A stretch of DNA of 48,398 nt, filler included, from Catajapyx aquilonaris (Eukaryota), in assembly GCA_000934665.2 (NCBI GenBank). It is 2 parts of 2 records of this genome, joined end to end, with 100 filler letters (N's around TTAATTAATTAA, not from the genome) between each part and the next. Parts side by side here need not be neighbours in the genome. Positions count along the whole stretch, not along the records: positions 24,250 to 48,398 come from KZ539373.1; 1 more part is not named here. One strand, given 5' to 3'. The translations under genes were made by a program, and so were the position numbers. Numbering within the stretch: position 1 is the stretch's first letter; every line of letters starts with the position of its first letter. Of the stretch, positions 36,110 through 48,263 are shown one piece after another. The notes under the pieces were generated by a model, which was not told where the DNA came from, ran no database searches, and worked only from the letters and a program-made list of their open reading frames with translations.

Positions 36110-37688
36110 GCGATCCTCCGATATACGTGTCAGGAGGCACAATAATTCCAGCAAATCAGCCATATCAGTAGATTAGAAAAATGTAGAATTTCTGACCACA
36201 CTACTTGATTGAGATTCGTCGACGTTATTTGCACGTATTGTTTTAATTCAGAGAATATAAATGCAAAATACACTTTGCGTTATTAAAATACAATGTGATA
36301 GCAGCACAAAGGGCACATTTTCATATTGATTATTATTATTAGACAAACAGTCGAATCTACTATCCAGCAACATTTTCCTGATCAATTGCGTATCATGATC
36401 AGAAGGATATAGAAAGTCATCGGGGAGGTCAAGACAGTGGGTTGGCCGCACTAACTTGTCAGTTTATATGCCCGTGTTTTCAACTCGTACTTTAAATTTT
36501 ATTACGGATATCACAGTCTTGTGTAATGAGGATCATCCTAGGAGATATGTCACCCTGCAACATCTCATGGTACATGGGTCATCTAGCACGTAGGATGTCT
36601 CTCATTACTTATGTGCGTAAAGTAAACGTGCTATTATTTTGATCATTCATTCATTCATATACATCACGGTTTTTCCCAGCGGGGTGCCAGCGGATAATGA
36701 GGAGCAGGTCCTCCTTACCCTCACATGACCATTATATATTAAAAAGAAAATCTGGAGCCTGGTCAGGTACCCGCAGATAATTTGGGTGGGGGGGGGGAGG
36801 GGAGGGGAGAGGGAGAGAGAGAGAGAGAAAGAGAGAGAGAGACACAACCGATTATTTTGATAATGAAGCTATTATCTCCGTAAGTGCCTAAGGCCTGTAC
36901 CGGTATACATAATGCAGAATTTAGATCTTGGGTTGAGATTGAATGAACACTAACGACGGATTGAGTGCCAATCCGAATACAACACTGACCTCTAGGCCCT
37001 GCTATACAACTCGTACACTGGGTTACGAATTATCACAATCGATGTTACAATTTTTGCTTTCTTCGTGCGCCATATTGGAACTCCACGTCCATAATAATTG
37101 CTATTTACCAAAGACAGATGCAACTGTGAAACAAACCTTATACCCCGTTATACCCCCCTCATTTCTGTGTAATCAACCGGTATGAACCAACACCTATTTT
37201 TGTTCATTAAAAAATAACCACAAGTACAATTCATCATATTTTAACATTTCTTTAGTTTACGGCCGCATAAGGACAAAATAAACGAGAAAAGGAATAGGGA
37301 TTGGCGAATTCATAAGCAATATTGATGAAGTAGGCCCATTGGATACTATTCTGGAGTCTAAACATGGCCTACTAAGGGCCTGCTACACCCACTAAAGCTC
37401 CAGGTACAGGCATGGATCTATTCTTGTTATGGTTTTTAATAATCTTGTAGTGCCACTGTGAAAATAGCAATATTATTTTTCTCAAGATCAAAATGTACTA
37501 GTTCACTATCAGATTGCAAGAAGTCTTATCACATATTGACATCAACTCAACTCAAGCGTTGGAATTTGATATGGTTTATTGAGAGGCCTCACGATCTCAT
37601 ACTGAGGAGCAGACACTAAATATTTATCCTTGATGGCCACTAAGTCTGTTGTCAATCGGAATGCTGGTTCCCACAGGTCCCACATTGT

Positions 37689-38374
37689 TTAGTAGTAGTA
37701 GAAGTCCTCGTCCTCGTCCTATAGTGTTGGAATAAATAAATTAGTCTCAGCAGACAGACTTGTGGGTGTTATTATGGAAAGAGCTGGCCAATGATCACCT
37801 GGCAAGAGGAGCAAGAGGGGCTTGGGTAAGAGATAGGAGTCCGGATGATCTTGACCACAGAATCTTGGTGGCGGTAGGGCTCAGGGTGGGTACGACAGGC
37901 ACAACCAGTCGCATCCTCAACCTGACGATGGTCCTGCACATCTTCGCAGGCACCGCACCCTGTCACTTGGCAGGGGTTCCGGGCGCGGGGTACAGGGATG
38001 AAGGTTGGGGCTAATGGGTCAAGGGGACAACCGCAGCCCTCTGGCTCTGCCTTCTGCACGCAGCATGGCTTGTGATCAGAGAGAAATGTGTCCATGTTCA
38101 AAATCGAACAAAAGAAATGTCACATTTAAGTTTCACTAAGAACAGAAAAGCAGATCGACTACCCAGACATTCCCCACTTCTCCTTCCTCCTACTCATCCC
38201 ACCTAGTCACTTGATCTGCTGCACTCATTGTCACCAGTATGCACTATTAAAGTACTGTAATAGACCTAATATTATAATATTATACTATAGGCATACCTGC
38301 AACATGCTTTCACCCTCCGCATCCGCGATCAGGCAGGACATTGTAAGTATCCAGAAGACGTTTTTGGCATTCAT
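37689..38374 (-). CDS. Small secreted cysteine-rich protein, copy A (125 aa). Exons 38374-38297, 38068-37799, 37718-37689
   Basis: Signal-peptide-like exon MNAKNVFWILTMSCLIADAEGESMLQ|, 90-codon Cys/Pro-rich exon, tail |DEDEDFYYY*; phase-0 GT-AG introns, CTAAT branch point, AATAAA ~110 nt after the stop; structure mirrored in copy B. Confidence 0.8.
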
Positions 38375-40012
38375 GATGTACACAGAAATCTGCTTGTCCC
38401 AAAAAAATATGTATTATGGTATTTTGTCGTACAGTACATTATCCCTAGAAAGGTTAATATAACAATTCCAACATACCTAGATGAGAATTTTGGATGTTGG
38501 CGATGTAAAGTCGGCCAACTTATAAATACAACAATAATATTGACATTCAATCATTGCTTGGTAACTCCGTAACCACGACACACTCCAAAAGCAATGAGTA
38601 ACTTCTGTTGGCAACAATTATTGTAACAATGTCACAATGAAAACATTGGAAACGTCACAATGAAAATAATGGAAAAGAATACGTACAAAAATATAAAAAG
38701 TGTAGCCAGCAGAAATTCAAGCCTTGGTGACGTCAGTACCATTCTGTGGTGGGTAGGCATAACGGCTTGCATAACGGCCCTTCTATGTGTTAGGCTACCC
38801 GCAGTGCATAAAGTCGGGATGCTGAGAGCAGGCATCCACAATATTATTCAGTAAATAAAATCAATTCTCTCCGTTCAACACATTTTCCGCAGGTTATACC
38901 TTGCTGCTTTATTAGTTGAAAGGGATACTCTCATTCGGCCTATTTGTACAGTATTAAATCAGGAGCTGATACTTATAATAACGATCAAAATAACTCTGAA
39001 TAAATGCTTGCTAATAAGCAACTACATGACAAAAATCGCTGGCCACTACGGATTAGACCAATTTGATTATAACATACACCTGCTGCATGTAAGACACCTG
39101 ACCCAAATAAAATGAATTTTTCTACGCTTGCCTATTGGTTCAAGGAACTATTCCAGAATAATATTTAACTCCGACCACCACACATTTATCGGAAACTGTT
39201 CCGTAATAATGTGAGAGGAAAAAGTGAAACTCAGTTTTATTCTCTCGATTCCACAGGCTTATCAAAAATTCCAATTTAAAATTTATCAATTTTGCAATTT
39301 CTTAGATTTGAAAATCACGACACGAGGAACAAGGAAAGTGGAATAAGGTTTGTTTTAAATTTTATGCAAATCTACAGAAATATATTCATTCTATCTTCTG
39401 TCTAACTGAAATAATGCACAAAATTTGTTTTTATAGTAATCTTATAGTAGAAAATATAACCCTATAAGTACGTCGAAGTTGAAAGTTGGCACGGTGACAG
39501 CTAAAATCCCTGGGAGTAGTCCCAAAATATTAGGAACACCTTCCTAGGGGTATTCGGGCAGATAAAAAATTCCTGAACCTTCAACACCATCTATGATATC
39601 GTGGACGTAAAGGCAAAACACGCTAACAAGTAAGTTCAAAACACCACTTTCAAAGGGCTTTACCTTGCACTTGCTAACATGATAGTGATGACAGGAAATC
39701 TTGCTGACTTCATCGTTCCTGGTGAACCTTTAGAACTCTAAATGGACTATACGGCATAAAATGTCCTTCGGTGGTGAAATGACTACTTTAATACCGCCAA
39801 AATTGGACTTACAGTTAGTGAGTTTCACTTGCATGCTGACGATAATAATACCATATTATGGGAACTTCCAGCCAATTTCTCCTTCCGTTAGAATGTTAGA
39901 TGGTGTGCACTACCCCCCCCCCCNNNNNNNNNNNNNNCACACACACACACAGACCTGTCTTCACTAAGGTGTGGGGACGTAAAAAAGACAACTTTTCAAA
40001 GCGAGTGTAAAC

Positions 40013-40092
40013 TACCCTACCCTACCCTACCCTACCCTACCCTACCCTACCCTACCCTACCCTACCCTACCTACCTTACCCTAACTAACCTA
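40013..40092. repeat. (CCCTA)n pentanucleotide repeat
   Basis: Direct reading; degenerates into CCTAA/TAACC units. Confidence 0.9.
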
Positions 40093-40454
40093 GGCTGAGA
40101 CATCTTGATAAAATTTAAAAACCTATGTCCTTTGCGTTTAATAATCATGGCCGCCTGTGCCACTGTGAAGATAGCCATTTTATCTCTCAATAACAAATAT
40201 AATGCAGTTCACTATCAGTTGGAAAAAAAATCGACTACCACAATAACGCAACTCAAGCGTTGGAATTTGCTCTGATTTATTGAGAGGTCTCACTATCTCA
40301 TACTGAGGAGCAGACACAAAATATTTATCCTTGATGGCGACTCATCAGTCTGTTGTCTACCGGAATGCTGGTTCCCACAGGTCCCACATTTAGTAATAGT
40401 AGCAGTTGCAGTTCTCGGGGCTTTGGGCTTTGGAGCCTAGCCAGGGAAGCCCTC

Positions 40455-41116
40455 CTAAAAATCGCCCTTGTCGTCGTTCTCGCCCTATATAGTGTTGGAA
40501 TAAACAAATTAGTCTCAGCAGACAGACTTGTGGGTATTATTATTGAAAGAGCTGGCCAATGATCACCTGGTAAGAGGAGCAATTTGGGCTTGGGTACGGG
40601 ATAGGAGTCCGGACGGTCTTGACTACATCGGCATCTTGGTTGCAGGAGGGATCAGGGTGGATACGGCCAGCACAACCAGTCACCTCCTCAACCTGACGAC
40701 GGTCCTGCACATTCTCGCAGGCATAGCACCCTTGGTTGGGGTCAAAGTAGTGGAGTACAGGGATGAAGGTTGGGAGTAATGGATCAAGGGGGCCACCGTA
40801 GCCCTCTGCCTCTGCCTTCTGCACACAGCATGGCTTCTGATAAGAGAGAAATGTGTCCATGTTCAAAATTGAACAAAACAAATGTCACATTTAAGTTACA
40901 TCAAGAACAGAAAAGCTGATCGACTACCCAGACATTCACCACCTCTCCTTCCTCCTACCCATCCCACCTATAGTCACTTGATCTGCTGCATTCACTGTCA
41001 CCCGTATGCACTATTAAAGCCTACCTGAAACAGCCTACCTGAAACAGTATTTCATCCTCTTCATCTGCTATCAGGACGATCACTGTCACTAGCCAGAAGA
41101 AGGTTTTGATATGCAT
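40455..41116 (-). CDS. Small secreted cysteine/tyrosine-rich protein, copy B (125 aa). Exons 41116-41039, 40836-40567, 40484-40455
   Basis: MHIKTFFWLVTVIVLIADEEDEILFQ| KPCCVQKAEAEGYGGPLDP...PSPNCSSYQ| GENDDKGDF*; same exon lengths (78/270/30) as copy A; coding indels are 3 and 6 nt; downstream AATAAA conserved. Confidence 0.8.
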
Positions 41117-41279
41117 GATGTGCCCAGCAATATGCTTGTCCCAAAGAATAAGTTTGATGGTATTTTGCTGTACAGTATGTTATTCTCCTTGAAAGGTGAA
41201 TAAACCAATTCCAACTTTAAATAATATTGACATTAATTCATTACTTGGTAACCCCGTAACCCCGGCACCATCCAAAATC

Positions 41280-41373
41280 AATGAATAACTTCTGTTGGCA
41301 CCAAACAAACAATGAGTAATTTCTACTAGTACTATGGGATTCATTTGTTTGGTGCCAACAGAAGTTGTTCATT
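41280..41373. repeat. 30-bp inverted repeat upstream of copy B
   Basis: AATGAATAACTTCTGTTGGCACCAAACAAA ... TTTGTTTGGTGCCAACAGAAGTTGTTCATT. Confidence 0.85.
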
Positions 41374-41785
41374 TGAACATGGTATGAGATGATCAACAAT
41401 AATAATATGCGTTGGCAATACTCCCCATGCAGAAACCAAGTAGTGGGCGGGTGCAGGTCTCTGCAACATAGTCCGGTTTAAACCCAGTTCAGAGTCTCTG
41501 AACTGGGTTTAAACCGGACTTCATATACTAGTAGAGAGGGGTGCATTCCACGCAAAAAGTGTGACTGACTCCAGCTCCGCCCAGGACTGTTGGCCACGCC
41601 CCCTAACCACTTTAGTTCGGATAGGAAAAACCGCAGAGCTGCCGTCGAAAATGGACGTGACATCACCCGAGGTCACTATAGCAACTGCTGTCGTATAATT
41701 TTTAATCAGTGCGCAGTACCGTATTCAATTCGTTACATTTTTTATTTCGTTTCGAGTTTCGCATTTCGTTTCGTTTTTTATTTAA

Positions 41786-42238
41786 AGTGGGCTTTACGCA
41801 GTCGATTCGACTCCGACTTCGACCGGATTCGAACATCGAACCTACTGTGTAAATGACATTCCGTGTCGGATCCGACGTCGGAGCCAGGGAGGGCAGCTCA
41901 GGTCATCTGAGCTGGTCGGAGACGTGAGAGTGGGCGGGGCAAGACGTCGGAATGACTGTGTGAATGACTGTCCGACTCATCCAGGCTCTCTGATTGGCTA
42001 GTGAGGTCTTCTAGTCGAACTCGTTGCCCCCCACACCATCTTCACCTCCACTTTTTTTTAAAGTAAACAAACTTGTCCCCCACCCTCCACCCCCCTCCAC
42101 AAAAACGTGTCCCCCCACCTTCGAACATCGAACATTGGACATCTGACCATCGAACAGCAGACTTCTGTCTGAACAGGGTGTCCGATGCCTCCGAGTCGGA
42201 GTCGGAGTCGGAGTCGGATCGACTGTGTAGAGCCCACT
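41786..42238. mobile_element. PIF/Harbinger-like MITE
   Basis: TIRs AGTGGGCTTTACGCAGTCGATTCGACTCCGAC / GTCGGAGTCGGATCGACTGTGTAGAGCCCACT with TAA on both sides; internal (GTCGGA)n. Confidence 0.85.
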
Positions 42239-44065
42239 TAATTTCGAGTTTCGCATTTCGTTTCCATTTTATTTTGGGGTTCGTTTTTCGTACCGTATTC
42301 CATAATTTGTATTCATTATTCCCGTACAACTTGCAACTTTCTTCATGACAGCACTAATCAGTTGCACATGTGCAGACGACAGTCATGTAGTCTGCCGTTG
42401 GACCCAGAGGCAGTACGATACGCAGAATAACTTGGCTCAACAACAAAACAAAGAATCGAACATGACGAGATAGAACACGTCCTACCACGCGTCCGACTGA
42501 TTCGAATGCTCGCCATCAACTGACTGTTTCTTGGACTGTTTAGAATGTTTACCAAGGTTGCCTTTGGCGGGGTTCCAGAATGTTTACCAAATTCTTTGTC
42601 ATGCATTACTAATCGTGACATGGCCTACTGTAACTATGTCATAAGACTGCATGTTAATTAAAATATCAAATTATGAAATCATTTGGAATTTACAATTTTG
42701 GGTCGACTGCAGCGCTGTATTTTCTCCTATCGGAAGCTCTATGCCCCGCCCCCTTCCTTTCCCGGGTTGTCAATTGGCGTACTACATGGGAGAGAGAGAA
42801 GGAGCGACCAACAAGACTATAGTCTTGTNCCCCCCCAGGTATGCGTCTGTCCAAGTGACCTTGCTTTTCGGATTTATTAATCAAGTGTTAACATGCAATA
42901 TTAATTTAAAATACCGTCTCATACTGTGTAGCAGGCAGTTAGAGAAGCGGATGGAAATGTCGTTAACTGTATGTATTCGCATAATTCACTTCTTCATTAT
43001 TTAAAATTATCTTACAGTTAGTAAGGAGGCTAACAATAGCAAGCATCTCTTGCATATAAAGTGACCCTCTTGTGATCAAGATGACTCCAGAAGTCCCCAG
43101 ATCATTATGACACACCTTCTATATATCATAACCTTTCGTGGAGTGTAGGCCTACTAGTAGACTGCCTTCCCAGGAAAAAAGGCCTATCTACATAACCGTT
43201 AAGGGCGAAAGTCGCCTGCAGACCCTGCACTTTCGTTAGATAGGGATTTTTCCTCATTAAGTTTTAGACAATGGCATCCTGGCTCTATGCAACCATCACT
43301 ACTCGAGTAAGATAAAATTAACATTACTAGATTTTGACATTTTTCACATTGATGATGACTGCATAGCTCCAGGATATACATGATCTAAAATTTTAAAAAC
43401 ATGAATTCATGATCTAACACTGCATAGTGTTAAATAAGTAAGCCTAAACCAGATTTGCTGTTCGATTTTGCGTTACTCTACCTGTGATTGGTCCAGTGTT
43501 TCCTTCTTGTCAGTTGCTTCATGTGGGCTGAAAATAATGCCTAGCATCGATAGTGGAAAGTTCATTATTTGTGTATCAGAAATATGGCGAGACTTTTATA
43601 CTTATTTTCACTCTTCCATTACTGCCAAAGACAATGAGGAAATTGGGTACTCACTGTTGATTACTGACAAATAATATTGTCAGACAAATTTCCATGCATG
43701 CTAACAAAATAATAACGGGGCATCTATATAGTTGAGGAACATCACGTGGCAGTTTCGGAAGTTTTTACTTTCTGTAGTTATCTGTTGTTTTTTTCCTACC
43801 ATATTAATGGGTACAGGAAATAAGGTTTTTTTCTGTGTTCAAAACAAATATTTTTATTTATTAAACAACGACGTTACGTTAGAAACAACACTACTGTACA
43901 AAAAGTAAGTCCTGTCCCATTATGCCATGGTGAGCATTGAGATACAGATCTACCTCTAGAAAGATGTCTTTGATGGCCGTGCGTCACCTATTCATGGACA
44001 TTTAAAACATTTAGAGCTACGATACTGATCATTAACAAATACGATGATAATACATACTCTTTTTG

Positions 44066-46412
44066 TTACCTCTCCGTTTTTGCCGGAAAACCATTTTTGC
44101 TAATCAGGTTTCTGAAAAAGGTTGATGATGCTTTTGGTGTCCGAGTTCGTGAAGAATCGTTAAAATTCACCTCATATAAACCATATCGTATCCTGTCAGA
44201 ATACAAAATTGAGTGACATATTATCTAACACTGTAACATGCGAGGTAACAGGGCAGTAAAACTAAACTAACGTGTATCCAGCACTGAGCTGGAAGTTGTC
44301 CATCAGTGACCATGCAGTGTAGCCAAACACATTGACTCCATCCAGTCTCATAGCTTTCATAAGCTCGCTCAGGTACGACTGAAAAATATGGTCGAAACTT
44401 TATGTAGATATTCTCGTGCTTTGCATGCATTAAAAATGAAGGAGAAACATACCCTGTGGTAATTAATTCTCAATACGTCGTTTCTGGCACCGCGATCGGC
44501 GTATCCGTTTTCAGTTATAAAAATAGGCTTGTTTGCACATTGCCCCTTCACCCAATTTAGTGCTCTTCGAAAACCGGGAGGAAACACCTGATAAGGTAAA
44601 TATTAGCAGCGGGACACCAACAGGAGTGTCAATAGATAAAGTAAAGCAAGTCACCCCAGTTCCATCAGCAGCCCGTGGCACTCCAGCATAGCATAAAATC
44701 TGAAAGTCACCATCTCGCATAATATCTGAAGTCTGGTTGGCCGGTGCTGGGGTTATCTGGAACGTGCTGTAGTGATTCATTCCAAAGAAGTCAATAGAAC
44801 CTGAAAAGGAGTTTATATCAGAATAATTAAAATTGTATAATAGAACGTGTCGAATCCAACCTCTTATTCTGTTTCTCCAGTCTGGAGTTATAACTGGAAG
44901 GCGTGAAATTCTCAAGCCTTGAAGGCGACTTCTTCTGTCCACATTATCCCTCATGATTGTTGGATAACCTCCATCAGCGCTGCAAATAGGGTTCACAAAC
45001 CAACCTAACTGTAGAGAAGTTAGAGAGAAGAAGTTGTGAATTTAAAATAATAGCGGCAAGGTTTTCATAATTGTACCAGAAATTCCTTTGCCCTTTCTGT
45101 TGCTGCATAATCATCTGCGCTATCAGAGTTCGGTTCAAACCATTCTATTAAAATGGTTATACCAATTCTTCCTGCAAGTGAGTACTATTATTTAGAGGGC
45201 CTGCGTCAAGAAAAGCATATACTTATAAGACACGGAACTGCAGTCCTAACCTCTTTGACTGTTACGAAACTCTCGGTTGTAAAGTTCCCATGTGGTAGTG
45301 TGGGCTTGCAACATGTGATGAGCGACTAAGTAAGGCGCAACTCCTTCTTCGGTAATGCCTGGTGCTTGTGTTCCCATTCCGTAACCAAGCCATGCGTTCA
45401 AGTTGGGCTCGTTGAAAGTTATCCAGTATTTCACCTGAAATGTGCCACAGAAACTTTAGAATCAACACTTTCCCACTTTGTTTTAAATATCTAAGTCAAA
45501 ATGTAACGCCAAAATAATTTGTGGAACGTACAAAAATAATTGTATTAAACATTACCCGATCTCCAAATGATTGAAAACACAGCCGGGCAAAAGCGACATA
45601 GTAGGATACAATCCTCTCATCCATGAATCCTCTGAATTTGTCTTGCAGGGCTTGCGGTAAATCCCAATGGTACAGAGTTACCTGATTTGAAGTGCAAAAT
45701 GAAGGGATAAAAACTTGCGTCATTGTTTTCATAAATTAATTGGAGGCGATTGATTGAGTATCTCATACCAGAGGTGTGATTTTGTTGGCTACTAGGTCGT
45801 TTATGAGGCGATTATAGTAATCAATTCCGAGTTGATTTACATTGTTCGGCTCTCCTGTTGGAAGGATTCGCGACCAAGCGATAGAAAAACGGTAATGCTT
45901 TACCTGTAATCATAAAAACAGTATGCTTAAGTTACACACACAAAAGCCAACCGATACATCTGACAAGTGAGTGTGTCTCACCCCTAACTCTGTTAACATT
46001 TGCACATCTCTTTGGTACAAATAATACGAGTTGTCGGCTACATCTCCAGTACTGTTGTCAACAATGGGGCTCGGAACTCGGTGTGTGAAAGTGTCCCAAA
46101 TGCTCGGCCCTTTTCCTACAATATGTGCAGATAATCAAAAGTGCACATATATGAACGTTATCACTATTGAGTACCATCAACATCCCAAGCTCCTTCAATT
46201 TGGTAGGCGGATGTTGCAACTCCCCAAGAGAATCCTTTAGGGAAGGTTCCTCTACAAGGCCCACCCTCTGCCCGACATTCAGCTGGATTCTGTTTGTTCC
46301 TCCAAATGCGACACTCATCTATCGAGGCTGATGGAGGCACAGTGTAATGCCCAAAGCAGGCACTGGCCCATAACACAATCATCCATGATGTAGCATGTAC
46401 ACGTGACCTCAT
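44066..46412 (-). CDS. Glycoside hydrolase family 1 (beta-glucosidase/myrosinase/lactase-phlorizin-like), secreted, 524 aa. Exons 46412-46175, 46115-45982, 45903-45769, 45681-45556, 45434-45251, 45171-45077, 45008-44861, 44800-44655, 44587-44453, 44378-44272, 44192-44066
   Basis: [49 protein letters not shown], acid/base TFNEP, nucleophile [16 protein letters not shown]; ten GT-AG introns give a 1575-nt open frame; hydrophobic N-terminus; likely 5' UTR exon donor at ~46491 and AATAAA at ~43853. Confidence 0.95.
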
Positions 46413-47240
46413 CTTAAGTGAGGCTGAAATAATGGATGCTGCTTAAAATACACCTTACTTAACTGTACACAGAAAAGGTATTGGAACTTACCCAATAACA
46501 TCAGCAAGTGATGACAAACTGTCCTATAATAAGTATCACGTTGGACTGAACGACGAAATTTAATGTTCGGCAGTTTTATCTGGATGGGGGTGAGCTTCTA
46601 TTCAGACAGATGGATTTTCCCAACATGTCCTAGAGTCGAAATTGGGTACAATCGCGGAAGTGACCTTCGCGGTTTTGCTGGGCAGATGTTCCCAGGTTTG
46701 AGGACAAGAGTGCAATAAATATTGTAGGTTTCCGTGTTAGCCCTGCGTTCCACATTTCCGGCATTGTTCTTTTTTGGCTGCTCCCCCTTTACCCAGATGT
46801 AAAATAAACACCACCATGCACAACAGTCCTAAACAGCATTGTTCTAGGTCAAAGTCTCCATTCCAGGGCACTTGCAAATGCGACCTAGTGACCTGAAGGG
46901 CATAAGTAGGTGATCTACACTGGCATCTACGGTGGCATGCCCGTTGCAATTTAGAGGTGTCTTGACAATCCATTAATGCACAAGATGGATGGAGGCATAT
47001 TGTTAGACCCACTAAGTAAGAGTTGCCTACCCGGTAGGATATTCCCTATCCGGTGGATTATGAAAATTAACATTAAATTATCTCCACAGTAACTTACAAA
47101 ATATTTAGTTCAATTTTATATTAGAAATTTGCGCAAAACCTAAGAAAGACAGGAATGCATTTTGGAACACACTGTATATTTGCCACGTGCATTACCCAGT
47201 AAGTGCCATTTACTTAGAAAATCTACTAAAGACAAGCGAT

Positions 47241-47500
47241 CCGTGCTTGAGTGGTTTGGTGTTGAATCCTCCACTCCGGAAATTCTACCAAATATTTTAT
47301 GTGGCTTTCCTTCCTCTCTCCAGGTGAATGCTTGCACAGTACCCAAAGTAGGCCACAGACTCTTCCTACCCGACTCCCTGTCCCCCCGAGAGGTTTCAGA
47401 GAAATTGTCGTTTTCTCAGTTTGAGCCTTGCGGCCTAAGTCCCACAGCGTCAGACGCGAAAAGATAGGCTGCTATTGGCTTAACGTCTGTTAAAACAAAA
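47241..47500 (+). mobile_element. Degenerate SINE
   Basis: Core GTGGCTTTCCTTCCTCTCTCCAGGTGAATGC...AGTACCCAAAGTAGGCCACAGACTCTTCCT resembles common hexapod SINE bodies; A-rich end. Confidence 0.6.
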
Positions 47501-47931
47501 AGGAAGTTTAGACCCCGGCTTGAAGCTGTGGCTTGTCAGGTAGTGGCAATGTCTACTGCTCTCAACAAAAGTATAGAGGCAGTGGAAATAACTGATGCCA
47601 GTTGGACGTATGAACTGTTACCAAATATTTGTTTACCGTATATAATCCAATATTTATTCACCCTGTGTAGGGATTTTTAGTGATGTTAATCTGACGCATT
47701 GATCGAAAAGTTTCCAACGTCTATGTATTTCGACAACATGTAAGTAAGACAAACATGTAAAGTGTGGAACATTCACAATATTGAACTTTTTCATCATCTC
47801 TTGATTGGTGGTCACACCCCTTACCGAAATTTAACCTAGCCGCGAGCTTGCCGCTAGGTCGCCAGAAGCTGGCGAGCTCGCCTCAGGATAGCCGCCACGT
47901 CGCGGGACCTCGCGGCTGTCAAAATATTCTC

Positions 47932-48263
47932 CTGACCTCGTCATGACGAGCTAGCCGCTACTTGGCGCCGAGCAAGTCATTCCGCGAGGTCAAGTCTCTA
48001 TTTCTGACCTCGCCATGACGAGCTAGCCGCTACTTGGCGACGAGCAAGTCATTCCGCGATGTCAAGTCTCAATTTCTGACCTCGTCATGACGAGCTAGCC
48101 GCTACTTGGCGACGAGCAAGTCATTCCGCGATGTCAAGTCTCTTTTTCTGACCTCGTCATGACGAGCTAGCCGCTACTTGGCGCCGAGCAAGTCATTCCG
48201 CGAGGTCAAGTCTCTTTTTCTGACCTCGTCATGACGAGCTAGCCGCTACTTGGCGCCGAGCAA
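47932..48263. repeat. Tandem array of a 72-bp unit, ~4.6 copies
   Basis: Units start at 47932, 48004, 48076, 48148, 48220; four of five contain the perfect palindrome CTCGTCATGACGAG. Confidence 0.95.

Noticed and set aside
36248..36451. 'YPSDHD' as a missing HIF PAS exon
   Set aside because: Only a short chance match; that PAS-A segment is already in the 22885 exon and no other motifs agree.
38163..38190. 27-nt micro-exon (EEGEVGNVW; EEGEVVNVW in copy B) in intron 1 of the duplicated genes
   Set aside because: In frame and followed by a GT, but the acceptor has no pyrimidine tract; left out of the models pending reads.
40013..40092. Telomeric or interstitial telomere repeat
   Set aside because: Unit is TAGGG rather than arthropod TTAGG, the tract is short and internal, and such repeats are common inside dispersed elements.
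40325..40350. Hammerhead ribozyme core (CTGATGA on minus; also 25498 on plus)
   Set aside because: No correctly placed GAAA or supporting stems.
37760..40779. Plus-strand ORFs 37760-38014 and 40528-40779
   Set aside because: Antisense to the Cys-rich exons; splice sites, signal exon and poly(A) signals are all on the minus strand.
47932..48263. CRISPR-like array
   Set aside because: Whole 72-bp units repeat with no unique spacers; eukaryotic context, no cas genes.
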